Source of the DNA: Oligosphaeraceae bacterium
GTDB lineage: Bacteria > Verrucomicrobiota > Lentisphaeria > Oligosphaerales > Oligosphaeraceae
Length of the DNA stretch: 64,000 nucleotides
Direction of reading: 5' to 3'
NCBI GenBank assembly: GCA_051884615.1
Contig: JBJEVT010000041.1
Span: forward strand, 125,898 to 189,897
Numbering within the stretch: the stretch's first letter is position 1; the number at the start of each line of letters is the position of its first letter. Of this stretch, positions 20,503 through 28,165 are shown in pieces. A program made the translations under genes and the position numbers. The notes under the pieces were generated by a model that did not search any database, was not told the origin of the DNA, and worked only from the letters and a program-made list of their open reading frames with translations.

Positions 20503-20940
20503 CTAGAGGTCGTCCAGATGTTTTGCGTACTGATTGCCGTCCATCAGCAAATTCAGTTCGTTGGGATCGTCGTATTCCATCTTGAAGAGCCAGGCCTTCT
20601 TCCAGTCCAGGTAGATTTGGGAGGGGTCGTCCAGCACGTCCCGGTTGACCTCCACCACCCTGCCGGTCAGGGGGCAGCGCAGATGGCGGATGCGGTTGCG
20701 CACATGGAGATGGATGACCAGGGAATCCATGCCCAGTTCATCGCCCTCCATGGGGATGTCGATGCTGGCGATGTCCGTCAGCTCCTCCGCCAGATAGTCG
20801 GTGATGCCCACGCGGGCGGTCTGGTTTTCCTTGTCGACGCTTGCCCAGACGTGATACCGGTTGAAGACGAAGTCTCTCTTCGGATTCTCCGGATCCTTGC
20901 TGGGGTATTCAGGTTCTTTGCTGGGGTGTTCGGGGGTCAT
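20503..20940 (-). CDS. GcvH-like (glycine cleavage H / lipoyl-domain fold) protein lacking the lipoyl-lysine
   Basis: HVWASVDKENQTARVGITDYLAEELTDIASIDIP...PLTGRVVEVNRDVLDDPSQI...WLFKME aligns with GcvH. The position of the E-S-V-K-A lysine reads H-V-R-N-R instead. AAGGAG serves as an SD. Confidence 0.8.
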   Translation of the reverse strand: MTPEHPSKEPEYPSKDPENPKRDFVFNRYHVWASVDKENQTARVGITDYLAEELTDIASIDIPMEGDELGMDSLVIHLHVRNRIRHLRCPLTGRVVEVNRDVLDDPSQIYLDWKKAWLFKMEYDDPNELNLLMDGNQYAKHLDDL

Positions 20941-21224
20941 GGTGTTCTACTCCTTGATTCCCTAGGGATGCCCTTTGGCCCGGGATCATCGTCTCCGGGG
21001 GAGCCGGAGGAGGCGGCGAGGCCCAAGGGGAAAAGACGAATGGTGAGGACGGAAGCGGAGGGACAGGCGCCGGGGCGGGAGAAGCCCGCTCCGTGTCGTC
21101 TCCGGGGTTTCTGGGTTGGTGTCCCGTTCCCTGGCCAGGTTCCCGGGGAGACGGGAAACTTTCCGCGGGGTGTGCGGCGGCCCGGGGAACGGGGGAGGGG
21201 AAAGAGAGGGGAGCGGCGGGGGAG

Positions 21225-22094
21225 TCAGGACTGTTTGGGAAGGAGCTGGTCCACGATGCCCTCGAAGGCCGTCGCCGTGGCAGAGGCGGCGTAGCGCTCC
21301 ACAAAGGGCTCTCCCGCATCCCCGCCGGCGCAAACCTGGGGATCCAGGGGCAGACGCCCCAGGAAGGGGACGTCGTACTTCCGCGCCAGCTCCTCGCCGG
21401 CGCCCCGGGAGAAGATCTCCACCCGCTCCCCGCAGTGGGGGCAGACGAAGCCGCTCATGTTCTCCACAATGCCCAGGACGGGCAGGGAGAGCTGGGAAAG
21501 GAAATTCAGGGACTTGCTCACATCCGAGGCGGAGACCTGCTGGGGCGTGGTCACCAGGACCGCGCCGTCCGCCTGGGGCAGCAGCTGGCAAGTGGAGAGA
21601 CATTCGTCGCCGGTGCCGGGAGGGGTGTCGATCACCAGGGCGTCCAGGTCGCCCCACAGCACATCCCCCAGCAGCTGACGGATGATGCCGTGCTTCATGG
21701 CGCCCCGCCAGATCACCGCATGGTCGGCCTGGGGCAGCGTGAAGCCGATGGACATCACCTTCATGTTCAGGGCGCCCATCTCCACGGGAAGGAGCTTCTC
21801 CCCCTCCGCATAGAGGGACGCGCCCTCCAGCCCCAGCATCTTCGGAATGCTGGGTCCGTGGAAATCCACGTCCAGCAGTCCCGTCTGCCAGCCCCGCAGG
21901 GAGAGACTTGCCGCCAGATTGGCCGCCACCGTGCTCTTGCCCACGCCGCCTTTTCCCGACATCACCAGGAAAATGTGGCGGACACCCTTCAGGTTCTCAT
22001 GCACCGCCCGGGTGTCGTCGTGGCATTTTCCACCACAGCTCTCGCAGTCGCCCCCGCTGGGGCAATGGGGACGCTCGCTCTCGTTGCTCTCCAT
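21225..22094 (-). CDS. mrp: Mrp/NBP35/ApbC-family Fe-S cluster carrier ATPase
   Basis: From Met at 22094: MESNESERPHCPSGGDCESCGGKC..., then VMSGKGGVGKSTVAANLA (deviant Walker A), then the CPHCGERVEIF CxxC motif. Confidence 0.93.
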   Translation of the reverse strand: MESNESERPHCPSGGDCESCGGKCHDDTRAVHENLKGVRHIFLVMSGKGGVGKSTVAANLAASLSLRGWQTGLLDVDFHGPSIPKMLGLEGASLYAEGEKLLPVEMGALNMKVMSIGFTLPQADHAVIWRGAMKHGIIRQLLGDVLWGDLDALVIDTPPGTGDECLSTCQLLPQADGAVLVTTPQQVSASDVSKSLNFLSQLSLPVLGIVENMSGFVCPHCGERVEIFSRGAGEELARKYDVPFLGRLPLDPQVCAGGDAGEPFVERYAASATATAFEGIVDQLLPKQS

Positions 22095-22430
22095 AAAGAA
22101 AAAAGAAAAAAAACTCTTGGAAGACTCTGGGAAACGCCGGATTCCCGGACGCCCCGCCCCGCGGGAAAAACGCCTCCCCCCAGGGAACCGACAGGAAAAG
22201 TTTATCGGCAAATATAGCCTATGGGAAAAAATTGCAAGGAGGCGGGAAACGGAAACCGACAGAATTTCCAGATTTTCCTGACATCTTCGGACTTTTGGCG
22301 ACAACACCCGATTCCCTCCCGACTCTATCCACCTCCCCCGCCACCCTCCCCCGCATTATATTCTGTCCCTGTGCGGATTCGTGCGGAGCGAATGCGCCTT
22401 TCTTTCTGGTCTTTACGGAGTCCCATTTCC

Positions 22431-23660
22431 ATGTCTGACATCATCACCATGACCCCGCAGGGTCTAGTCACCGGGGACCATCCCGTCATTCCCTTCATCG
22501 AGGGCGACGGCATTGGCCCGGACATCTGGCGCGCCACCCAGTCCGTCGTGGACGCGGCGGTGGAGAAGGCCTACCAGGGTCGTCGTTCCCTGGAGTGGCT
22601 GGAGGTTTTGGCGGGGGAGAAGGCCTTTCACGCCACGGGCTCCTGGCTGCCCGACGCCACGCTGGACGCCTTCCGGAAGTACCTTGTGGGCATCAAGGGT
22701 CCCCTGACCACCCCCATTGGCGGCGGCATCCGCAGCCTGAACGTGGCCATCCGCCAGGCCCTGGACCTCTATGTCTGCCTGCGTCCCGTGCGTCACTTCC
22801 AGGGGGTCCCCTCCCCCGCCAAGCATCCCGAGCTGGTGGACATGACCATCTTCCGGGAGAACACGGAGGACATCTACGCCGGCGTGGAGTTCAAGGCGGA
22901 TTCTCCGGAGGCCAAGCGCATCCTGGAGTTTCTGAAGACCGAGTTCCCGGCGCATTTCGCACGGATCCGCTTTCCCCAGGAGTGCGGCATCGGCGTGAAG
23001 CCCGTCTCCCGGGAGGGCACCCAGCGTCTGGTGGAGGCCGCCATCGAATACGCCATCCGGGAGGAGCGGGATTCCGTCACCCTGGTGCACAAGGGGAACA
23101 TCATGAAGTTCACCGAGGGCGCCTTCCGGGACTGGGGCTACCAGGTGGCCCGGGAGAAGTACAACGCCCAGCCCGTGGGCGAGGGTCCCTGGTGCTCCTT
23201 CCCCCATCCCCGCACCGGCAAGCCCATCGTGGTCAAGGACGTCATCGCCGACGCCTTCCTGCAGCAGATCCAGACCCGTCCCGCCGAATATAGCGTGGTC
23301 GCCACCCTGAACCTGAACGGGGACTACATCTCCGACGCCCTGGCGGCGGAAGTGGGCGGCATCGGCATCGCCCCCGGCGCCAACATCAACGCCCGCACCG
23401 GCGCGGCGGTCTTCGAGGCCACCCACGGCACCGCCCCCAAGTACGCCAACCAGGACAAGGTGAATCCGGGCAGCCTCATCCTCTCCGCGGAACTCCTGCT
23501 GCGCCATCTGGGCTGGCGGGAGGCCGCCGACCTGGTGATCCAGGGTCTGGAGAAAGCCATCGCCGGCAAGACCGTCACCTACGACTTCGCCCGGCAGATG
23601 GAGGGCGCGACCCTGGTCAGCTGCTCCGAGTTCGGCAGACAGATCATCCGCTGCATGTAG
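22431..23660 (+). CDS. icd: Isocitrate dehydrogenase (NADP-dependent, prokaryotic homodimeric type)
   Basis: From ATG 22431: [47 protein letters not shown] and [10 protein letters not shown] motifs. Confidence 0.95.
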   Translation: MSDIITMTPQGLVTGDHPVIPFIEGDGIGPDIWRATQSVVDAAVEKAYQGRRSLEWLEVLAGEKAFHATGSWLPDATLDAFRKYLVGIKGPLTTPIGGGIRSLNVAIRQALDLYVCLRPVRHFQGVPSPAKHPELVDMTIFRENTEDIYAGVEFKADSPEAKRILEFLKTEFPAHFARIRFPQECGIGVKPVSREGTQRLVEAAIEYAIREERDSVTLVHKGNIMKFTEGAFRDWGYQVAREKYNAQPVGEGPWCSFPHPRTGKPIVVKDVIADAFLQQIQTRPAEYSVVATLNLNGDYISDALAAEVGGIGIAPGANINARTGAAVFEATHGTAPKYANQDKVNPGSLILSAELLLRHLGWREAADLVIQGLEKAIAGKTVTYDFARQMEGATLVSCSEFGRQIIRCM

Positions 23661-23695
23661 CCCCCTCCCTCCCCCGTCTCCTCCCTTCCCCTCCC

Positions 23696-24442
23696 ATGGA
23701 ATTTCTCGGCATAGACTGCTCCACCCCCCAGGGGATCCAGGCGGCCTTCCGCGCCCATGCCCGCATGCTGCGGGACGACATGGTCGCCTTGGACCGTTTC
23801 CGGCATCTTCCCGCCTGCGAGGAGCTCACCTCCCGGGATTTGAAGGGGAAGGGCTACGACGGGGCGTTTCTGGACTCCCTGGACACCCTGACCTGCCTTC
23901 CCCCGCCGGGAGACAGCCTCTACCAGGGGGAGGACTCCCCCTTCTCCCTCCAATACGAGAACATTCTGGAGCGGATGGGGGAGAATCCGGAGGAGTTGAA
24001 GCGGGAGAGCCAGGAGTACTACGACAGCCTTCCCCCCGAGGGCAAGCTCCAGGCGGATGCGTTGGACATGGCGCACATCCTGGTCAACACCTTCTTCATG
24101 CTCTCCCTGGACTGGGCGCAGGTCTCCGTCATCGGCAACCTGCCCTTCTGCCCGCCCCGGGTCCAACTGGGTTTTCTGGGGCGGCTGGGCATGGGATGCG
24201 CCCACGCCAAGAGCGTCTTCGACCGCGTCAGCTCCCAGCAGCTCGACCTCGCCCTGATCGAGCAGCTGACCATCCTCTCCCTCGCCCAGGAGTTGAAGAC
24301 CGTCCTGGAGACCTGGATCCGGGAGAATCCCCAATACGGGCAGGCGCTGGAGACCCGCACGGACATCCTGAACCAGATCCTGGACACCCTGAAGAAGCTG
24401 ATAAAGACCACGCGGCGGCTCCAGAAGGGAGAGACCCAGTAA
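23696..24442 (+). CDS. Hypothetical protein, first gene of the Mla-like operon
   Basis: The 248-aa ORF has normal composition and lies 19 nt upstream of mlaE on the same strand. The N-terminus FLGIDCSTPQGIQAAFRAHARML is faintly J-domain-like but has no HPD motif. Confidence 0.55.
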   Translation: MEFLGIDCSTPQGIQAAFRAHARMLRDDMVALDRFRHLPACEELTSRDLKGKGYDGAFLDSLDTLTCLPPPGDSLYQGEDSPFSLQYENILERMGENPEELKRESQEYYDSLPPEGKLQADALDMAHILVNTFFMLSLDWAQVSVIGNLPFCPPRVQLGFLGRLGMGCAHAKSVFDRVSSQQLDLALIEQLTILSLAQELKTVLETWIRENPQYGQALETRTDILNQILDTLKKLIKTTRRLQKGETQ

Positions 24443-24461
24443 AACAGGAGAAAGCCCCACC

Positions 24462-25577
24462 ATGGCCCAACCCCAGGCGATTTTCCAGGAGGGAAGACTC
24501 CAGTTGTCCGGCTGTTGGCGCCAGGGCGCGCCCCGCCCCGCCCCGGAGGAGACCCTCCAGGGCGTCCCCCGGGAGCAGACCGCCACCCTGCCCCTCCAGG
24601 CCGACGCCCTGGAGGAATGGGACACCTCCCTCCTCATCTTCCTGGACGCTCTCCAAAGCCTGGCACAGGCCCGGGGGCTCGCCCTGGACACCTCCACCCT
24701 CCCCGACGGTCTCCAGACCCTCCTGAAACTCCAGGAGCAGGGACGCCAGAACCAGCCCCGGGAGGCCGACGCCCCCCGCCCCCTCCCCTTCCTGGCGCGC
24801 TGGGGCACCGCCACCCTGGAGACCGCCCGGCTCTTCCTGGATCTGCTCCAGTTCCTGGGCGAGCTCCTCATGGCCCTGGGAAGACTCTTCACGGGACGCA
24901 GCACCATGCGCCTGGAAGACCTGCGCCGCCAGCTCTGCGCCTGCGGCCCCGGCGCATTGCCCATCATCGCCCTCATCAGCTTCCTCATGGGCCTGGTGCT
25001 GGCGTTCGTGGGCTCCATTCCCCTGAAATGGTTTCAGGCGCAGCCCTATGTGGCCAGCCTGGTGGGCATCGGCATGCTGCGCCTCATGTCCCCGGTGATG
25101 GTGGGCATCGTCATGGCGGGGCGCACCAGCGCGGCCTACGCCGCGGAGCTGGGCACCATGAAGACCAACGAGGAGCTGGACGCCTTCCAGACCCAGGGCA
25201 TCTCCCTGATGGACTTCCTGGTGATGCCCCGTTTCCTGGCCATGTCCCTCATGCTGCCCCTCCTCTGCCTCTTCGCGGACGTGGTCAGCATCCTGGGCGG
25301 CATGCTGGTGGCCATCCTGGATTTGGGGCTCACCGCCAACGCCTACTGGAACACCCTGGTCACCACCACCCGGACCAACGACCTGGTGGTGGGCGTGTTC
25401 ACCTGCGCGGTCCTGGGCCTGCTGGACGCGTTGTGCGGGTGCTACCAGGGGATACGGTGCGGCAGGAACGCCGCCGCCGTGGGCAGGGCCACCACCGCCT
25501 CCGTGGTCTACAGCATCGTCTGCATCGTCATCGCCACCTCCCTCATCACCGTCATCACCGTGGTGCTGAAGTATTGA
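24462..25577 (+). CDS. mlaE: MlaE-family ABC transporter permease with an N-terminal STAS-like extension of about 120 aa
   Basis: LPIIALISFLMGLVLAF...VGIVMAGRTSAAYAAELGTMKTNEELDAFQTQGIS...MPRFLAM is the conserved MlaE core. An AGGAG SD is present. Confidence 0.9.
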   Translation: MAQPQAIFQEGRLQLSGCWRQGAPRPAPEETLQGVPREQTATLPLQADALEEWDTSLLIFLDALQSLAQARGLALDTSTLPDGLQTLLKLQEQGRQNQPREADAPRPLPFLARWGTATLETARLFLDLLQFLGELLMALGRLFTGRSTMRLEDLRRQLCACGPGALPIIALISFLMGLVLAFVGSIPLKWFQAQPYVASLVGIGMLRLMSPVMVGIVMAGRTSAAYAAELGTMKTNEELDAFQTQGISLMDFLVMPRFLAMSLMLPLLCLFADVVSILGGMLVAILDLGLTANAYWNTLVTTTRTNDLVVGVFTCAVLGLLDALCGCYQGIRCGRNAAAVGRATTASVVYSIVCIVIATSLITVITVVLKY

Positions 25578-25598
25578 GGCACCCTCCTTCCCTCCCCC

Positions 25599-26366
25599 AT
25601 GCCCTCGGCCGCCCCTCCCATTGACGTCAGCCATCTCACCATGGCCTACGGAAACCGGGTCATCATGGAGGATCTCACCTTCCAGGTGGACCGGGGCGAG
25701 GTCTTTCTCCTCATCGGCCCCTCCGGCTGCGGCAAATCCACCCTGCTGCGCCACCTCATCGGCCTGCTGCCCCCCGCCTCCGGCTCCATCCGCATCCTGG
25801 GACGGGATTTCTGGGAGATGCCGGAGGAGGAGCAGGGCCCCTTCCTTGCCAGGATGGGGGTCCTGTTTCAGAGCGGGGCGCTGTGGGGCTCCATGACCCT
25901 GGAGGAGAATCTCTCCCTGCCCCTCCAGCTCCACACCGAGCTTTCCCCCGAGGAGATCCGGCAGGTCTGCCGCTGCAAACTGGAACTGGTGGGTCTGGCG
26001 GGGTTCCAAGACTACTACCCCGCCCAGCTCTCCGGGGGCATGCAGAAACGGGCAGGCCTCGCCCGCGCCATGGTCCTGGACCCGGAAATCCTCTTCTTCG
26101 ACGAACCCTCCGCCGGACTGGACCCCGTCAGCGCACGGAATCTGGACCGGCTCATCCGACAACTCCGGGATTCCCTGGGCACCACCGTGGTCATGGTCAC
26201 CCATGACCTGGACAGCATCTTCGCCGTGGGCACCCAGGCCATCTACCTGGACCCCCGCTCCCGCTCCATCCTGGGCAGGGGCACCCCGCGGGAACTCCGG
26301 GACAATCCCCCCGCCCCGGAAATCCGGGACTTCCTGACGGGAGGCGGCGCCGGACGCCCCCTCTGA
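25599..26366 (+). CDS. mlaF: MlaF-type ABC transporter ATP-binding protein
   Basis: Walker A is GPSGCGKST, the signature is LSGGMQKRAGLARA and Walker B is ILFFDEPSAGLD. Confidence 0.93.
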   Translation: MPSAAPPIDVSHLTMAYGNRVIMEDLTFQVDRGEVFLLIGPSGCGKSTLLRHLIGLLPPASGSIRILGRDFWEMPEEEQGPFLARMGVLFQSGALWGSMTLEENLSLPLQLHTELSPEEIRQVCRCKLELVGLAGFQDYYPAQLSGGMQKRAGLARAMVLDPEILFFDEPSAGLDPVSARNLDRLIRQLRDSLGTTVVMVTHDLDSIFAVGTQAIYLDPRSRSILGRGTPRELRDNPPAPEIRDFLTGGGAGRPL

Positions 26367-26378
26367 CCCCACTCTGCC

Positions 26379-27533
26379 ATGAAGAAGAAGAAAAGCGCAG
26401 CCCAAGCCACCTTCCTGGGAGCCTTCGTCCTGGGCGCCCTCGCCCTGCTGGTGTTCTTCCTGATGTCCATCGGCAACTGGAACTGGGTGAAGGACCCCCT
26501 GCGCTACCGCATCTACTTCCCCTCCAATGTCAAGGGGCTGAACGTGGGCGCCCCCGTCATGTTCCGGGGCATCTCCGTGGGCGAGGTGGAGAAGCTCAGC
26601 CTGGCCCCCTCCGGCCCCGGCGACCTCCCCGACGACGTGGCCGCCCCCCGGCTCCATGACGTGCTGCCCGTGGAGGTCTCCGTGAAGCTCTTTCCGGAGC
26701 GTCTTGGCTTCCCCGCCCCCTCCGGCCCCCTCGCCCTCTTCCAAAGCCGGCATCCCCAGAACGAACAGGCCCACGCCTTCCTCAGCGACCTGGTCCTGGA
26801 ACAGCATCTGTGCGCCAAGCTGGAGCCCCTTTCCCTCCTCACAGGCCAAATCTATGTGGCCCTGAACCTGGCCAGCCCCTCCAGCGCCCCCTCCAAGGAA
26901 ATGACCCGGAATCTCTGGGAGCAGGGCATCCTCCCCTCCCGCCTCTCCACCCTGGACAACTTGAGCCACAGGATCAACGAGCAGGAGCTGGGGGATTCCC
27001 TGGAATCCATCCAGAAGTTTCTGCAGCAGGTGGCGTTGTTCGTGGAGCAGGGCAAGGCCCAGGAGACCATGGAGAATCTGTCCGCCACTCTTCGCACCCT
27101 CTCCCAGACCACCCTCGTGCTCCAGGAAAGGCTTCCCCAGGCCCTGGAGAATCTGGAGAAGACCGGGGAGGAGGCCAAGCTGGCCCTTCGGCAGGGCAGG
27201 CAGGCCCTGGAGAGTCTCCAAGAGGAGCTGACCCTCACCCTGCGCCAGGCCCATGACACCCTGGAGGAGCTGGAGGGCCTGCTCCGGGAGGGGCGTCCCC
27301 AGGCCCTGGGCGCCCTCGCCCAAATGGAGCAGTCCCTGGCGCATGCCAGCCAGACCCTGGACCAGGTCAACGCCCTGCTGACGCAGCTGCAGCCCGCCCC
27401 CTTCCCCGGCGCGCCTCCGGAAAATCTCCTGGGAGACACCCTCCAGGAGACCCGGATGACCATGATCCAGCTTCGCTCCCTCCTGGAAACCCTCAACCGC
27501 ACGCCCCAGGCCCTGCTGCTGGGTTCCCCGTAA
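26379..27533 (+). CDS. mlaD: MlaD/MCE-domain protein with a long C-terminal coiled-coil extension
   Basis: An N-terminal TM helix is followed by the MCE core (VKGLNVGAPVMFRGISVGEVEKLSL). About 230 further residues are Leu/Gln/Glu-rich with a heptad-like pattern. Confidence 0.85.
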   Translation: MKKKKSAAQATFLGAFVLGALALLVFFLMSIGNWNWVKDPLRYRIYFPSNVKGLNVGAPVMFRGISVGEVEKLSLAPSGPGDLPDDVAAPRLHDVLPVEVSVKLFPERLGFPAPSGPLALFQSRHPQNEQAHAFLSDLVLEQHLCAKLEPLSLLTGQIYVALNLASPSSAPSKEMTRNLWEQGILPSRLSTLDNLSHRINEQELGDSLESIQKFLQQVALFVEQGKAQETMENLSATLRTLSQTTLVLQERLPQALENLEKTGEEAKLALRQGRQALESLQEELTLTLRQAHDTLEELEGLLREGRPQALGALAQMEQSLAHASQTLDQVNALLTQLQPAPFPGAPPENLLGDTLQETRMTMIQLRSLLETLNRTPQALLLGSP

Positions 27534-27566
27534 GCCACCCCGCCCCTGTCGAAGGAGAAGACACAG

Positions 27567-28145
27567 ATGAAGAACATTCTCTCCCTCTGCCTGCCCGCCC
27601 TTTTGTCCGCATGGCTGACCGCCTCCTGTGTGACCAAGGCCCCCGAGCCCCGCGCCTTCCTCCTGGACCCCCTCCCCCCCGACACTCCCTGCTTCGACGT
27701 CTCCGTCTCCAACCTGTATAACAGCCAGGTGATGCGATATGCCACGGAACACCGGGAGGTGAAGACCATCCCCCACGCCCGCTGGGCCCTCCCCCTCAAG
27801 GACGTCTGCTCCGCCGCCACCCCTGTTTCCTATACGCGCGCCCAGTTCACCCTCCATGTGCGCGAGGTGCAAGACCAGGGGGCAAGCCGCGCCCTGGTCT
27901 TCCGGGCGGCTCTCTTCCCCCACCGGAAGGGGCAAATACTCACGCATGTCGGAGGAGGAGAACAGAGAGTCGTCACTCACTCCGACAACGAAACAGTCAA
28001 CCTCATTCCCCTGGAAATCTCCATCCCCTATGAAGGGGAATTGGACGCCCTGGCGTTCCGCGACGCGTACTCCGAGTTCCTCCGGCAGGCCGCCCGGCGC
28101 ATGAAGCAGCTTCTGCAGGAGAATCCCCCGCCCCAGAATCCTTGA
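27567..28145 (+). CDS. Lipoprotein, PqiC / ABC-type transport auxiliary component-like
   Basis: The lipobox is LSAWLTASC. Its size (192 aa), its position directly after the MCE gene and the HARWALPL segment resemble PqiC/DUF330 lipoproteins. A GAAGGAG SD is present. Confidence 0.65.
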   Translation: MKNILSLCLPALLSAWLTASCVTKAPEPRAFLLDPLPPDTPCFDVSVSNLYNSQVMRYATEHREVKTIPHARWALPLKDVCSAATPVSYTRAQFTLHVREVQDQGASRALVFRAALFPHRKGQILTHVGGGEQRVVTHSDNETVNLIPLEISIPYEGELDALAFRDAYSEFLRQAARRMKQLLQENPPPQNP

Positions 28146-28165
28146 GCTCCCTCTCCTCCCGCCCC

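Noticed and set aside
20941-21224. ORFs in the gcvH-like/mrp spacer and nearby (20986-21657(-), 20909-21319(-), 21093-22217(+)).
   Set aside because: Their translations are low-complexity Pro/Arg/Gly strings overlapping or antisense to the Mrp gene, with no start context or motif.
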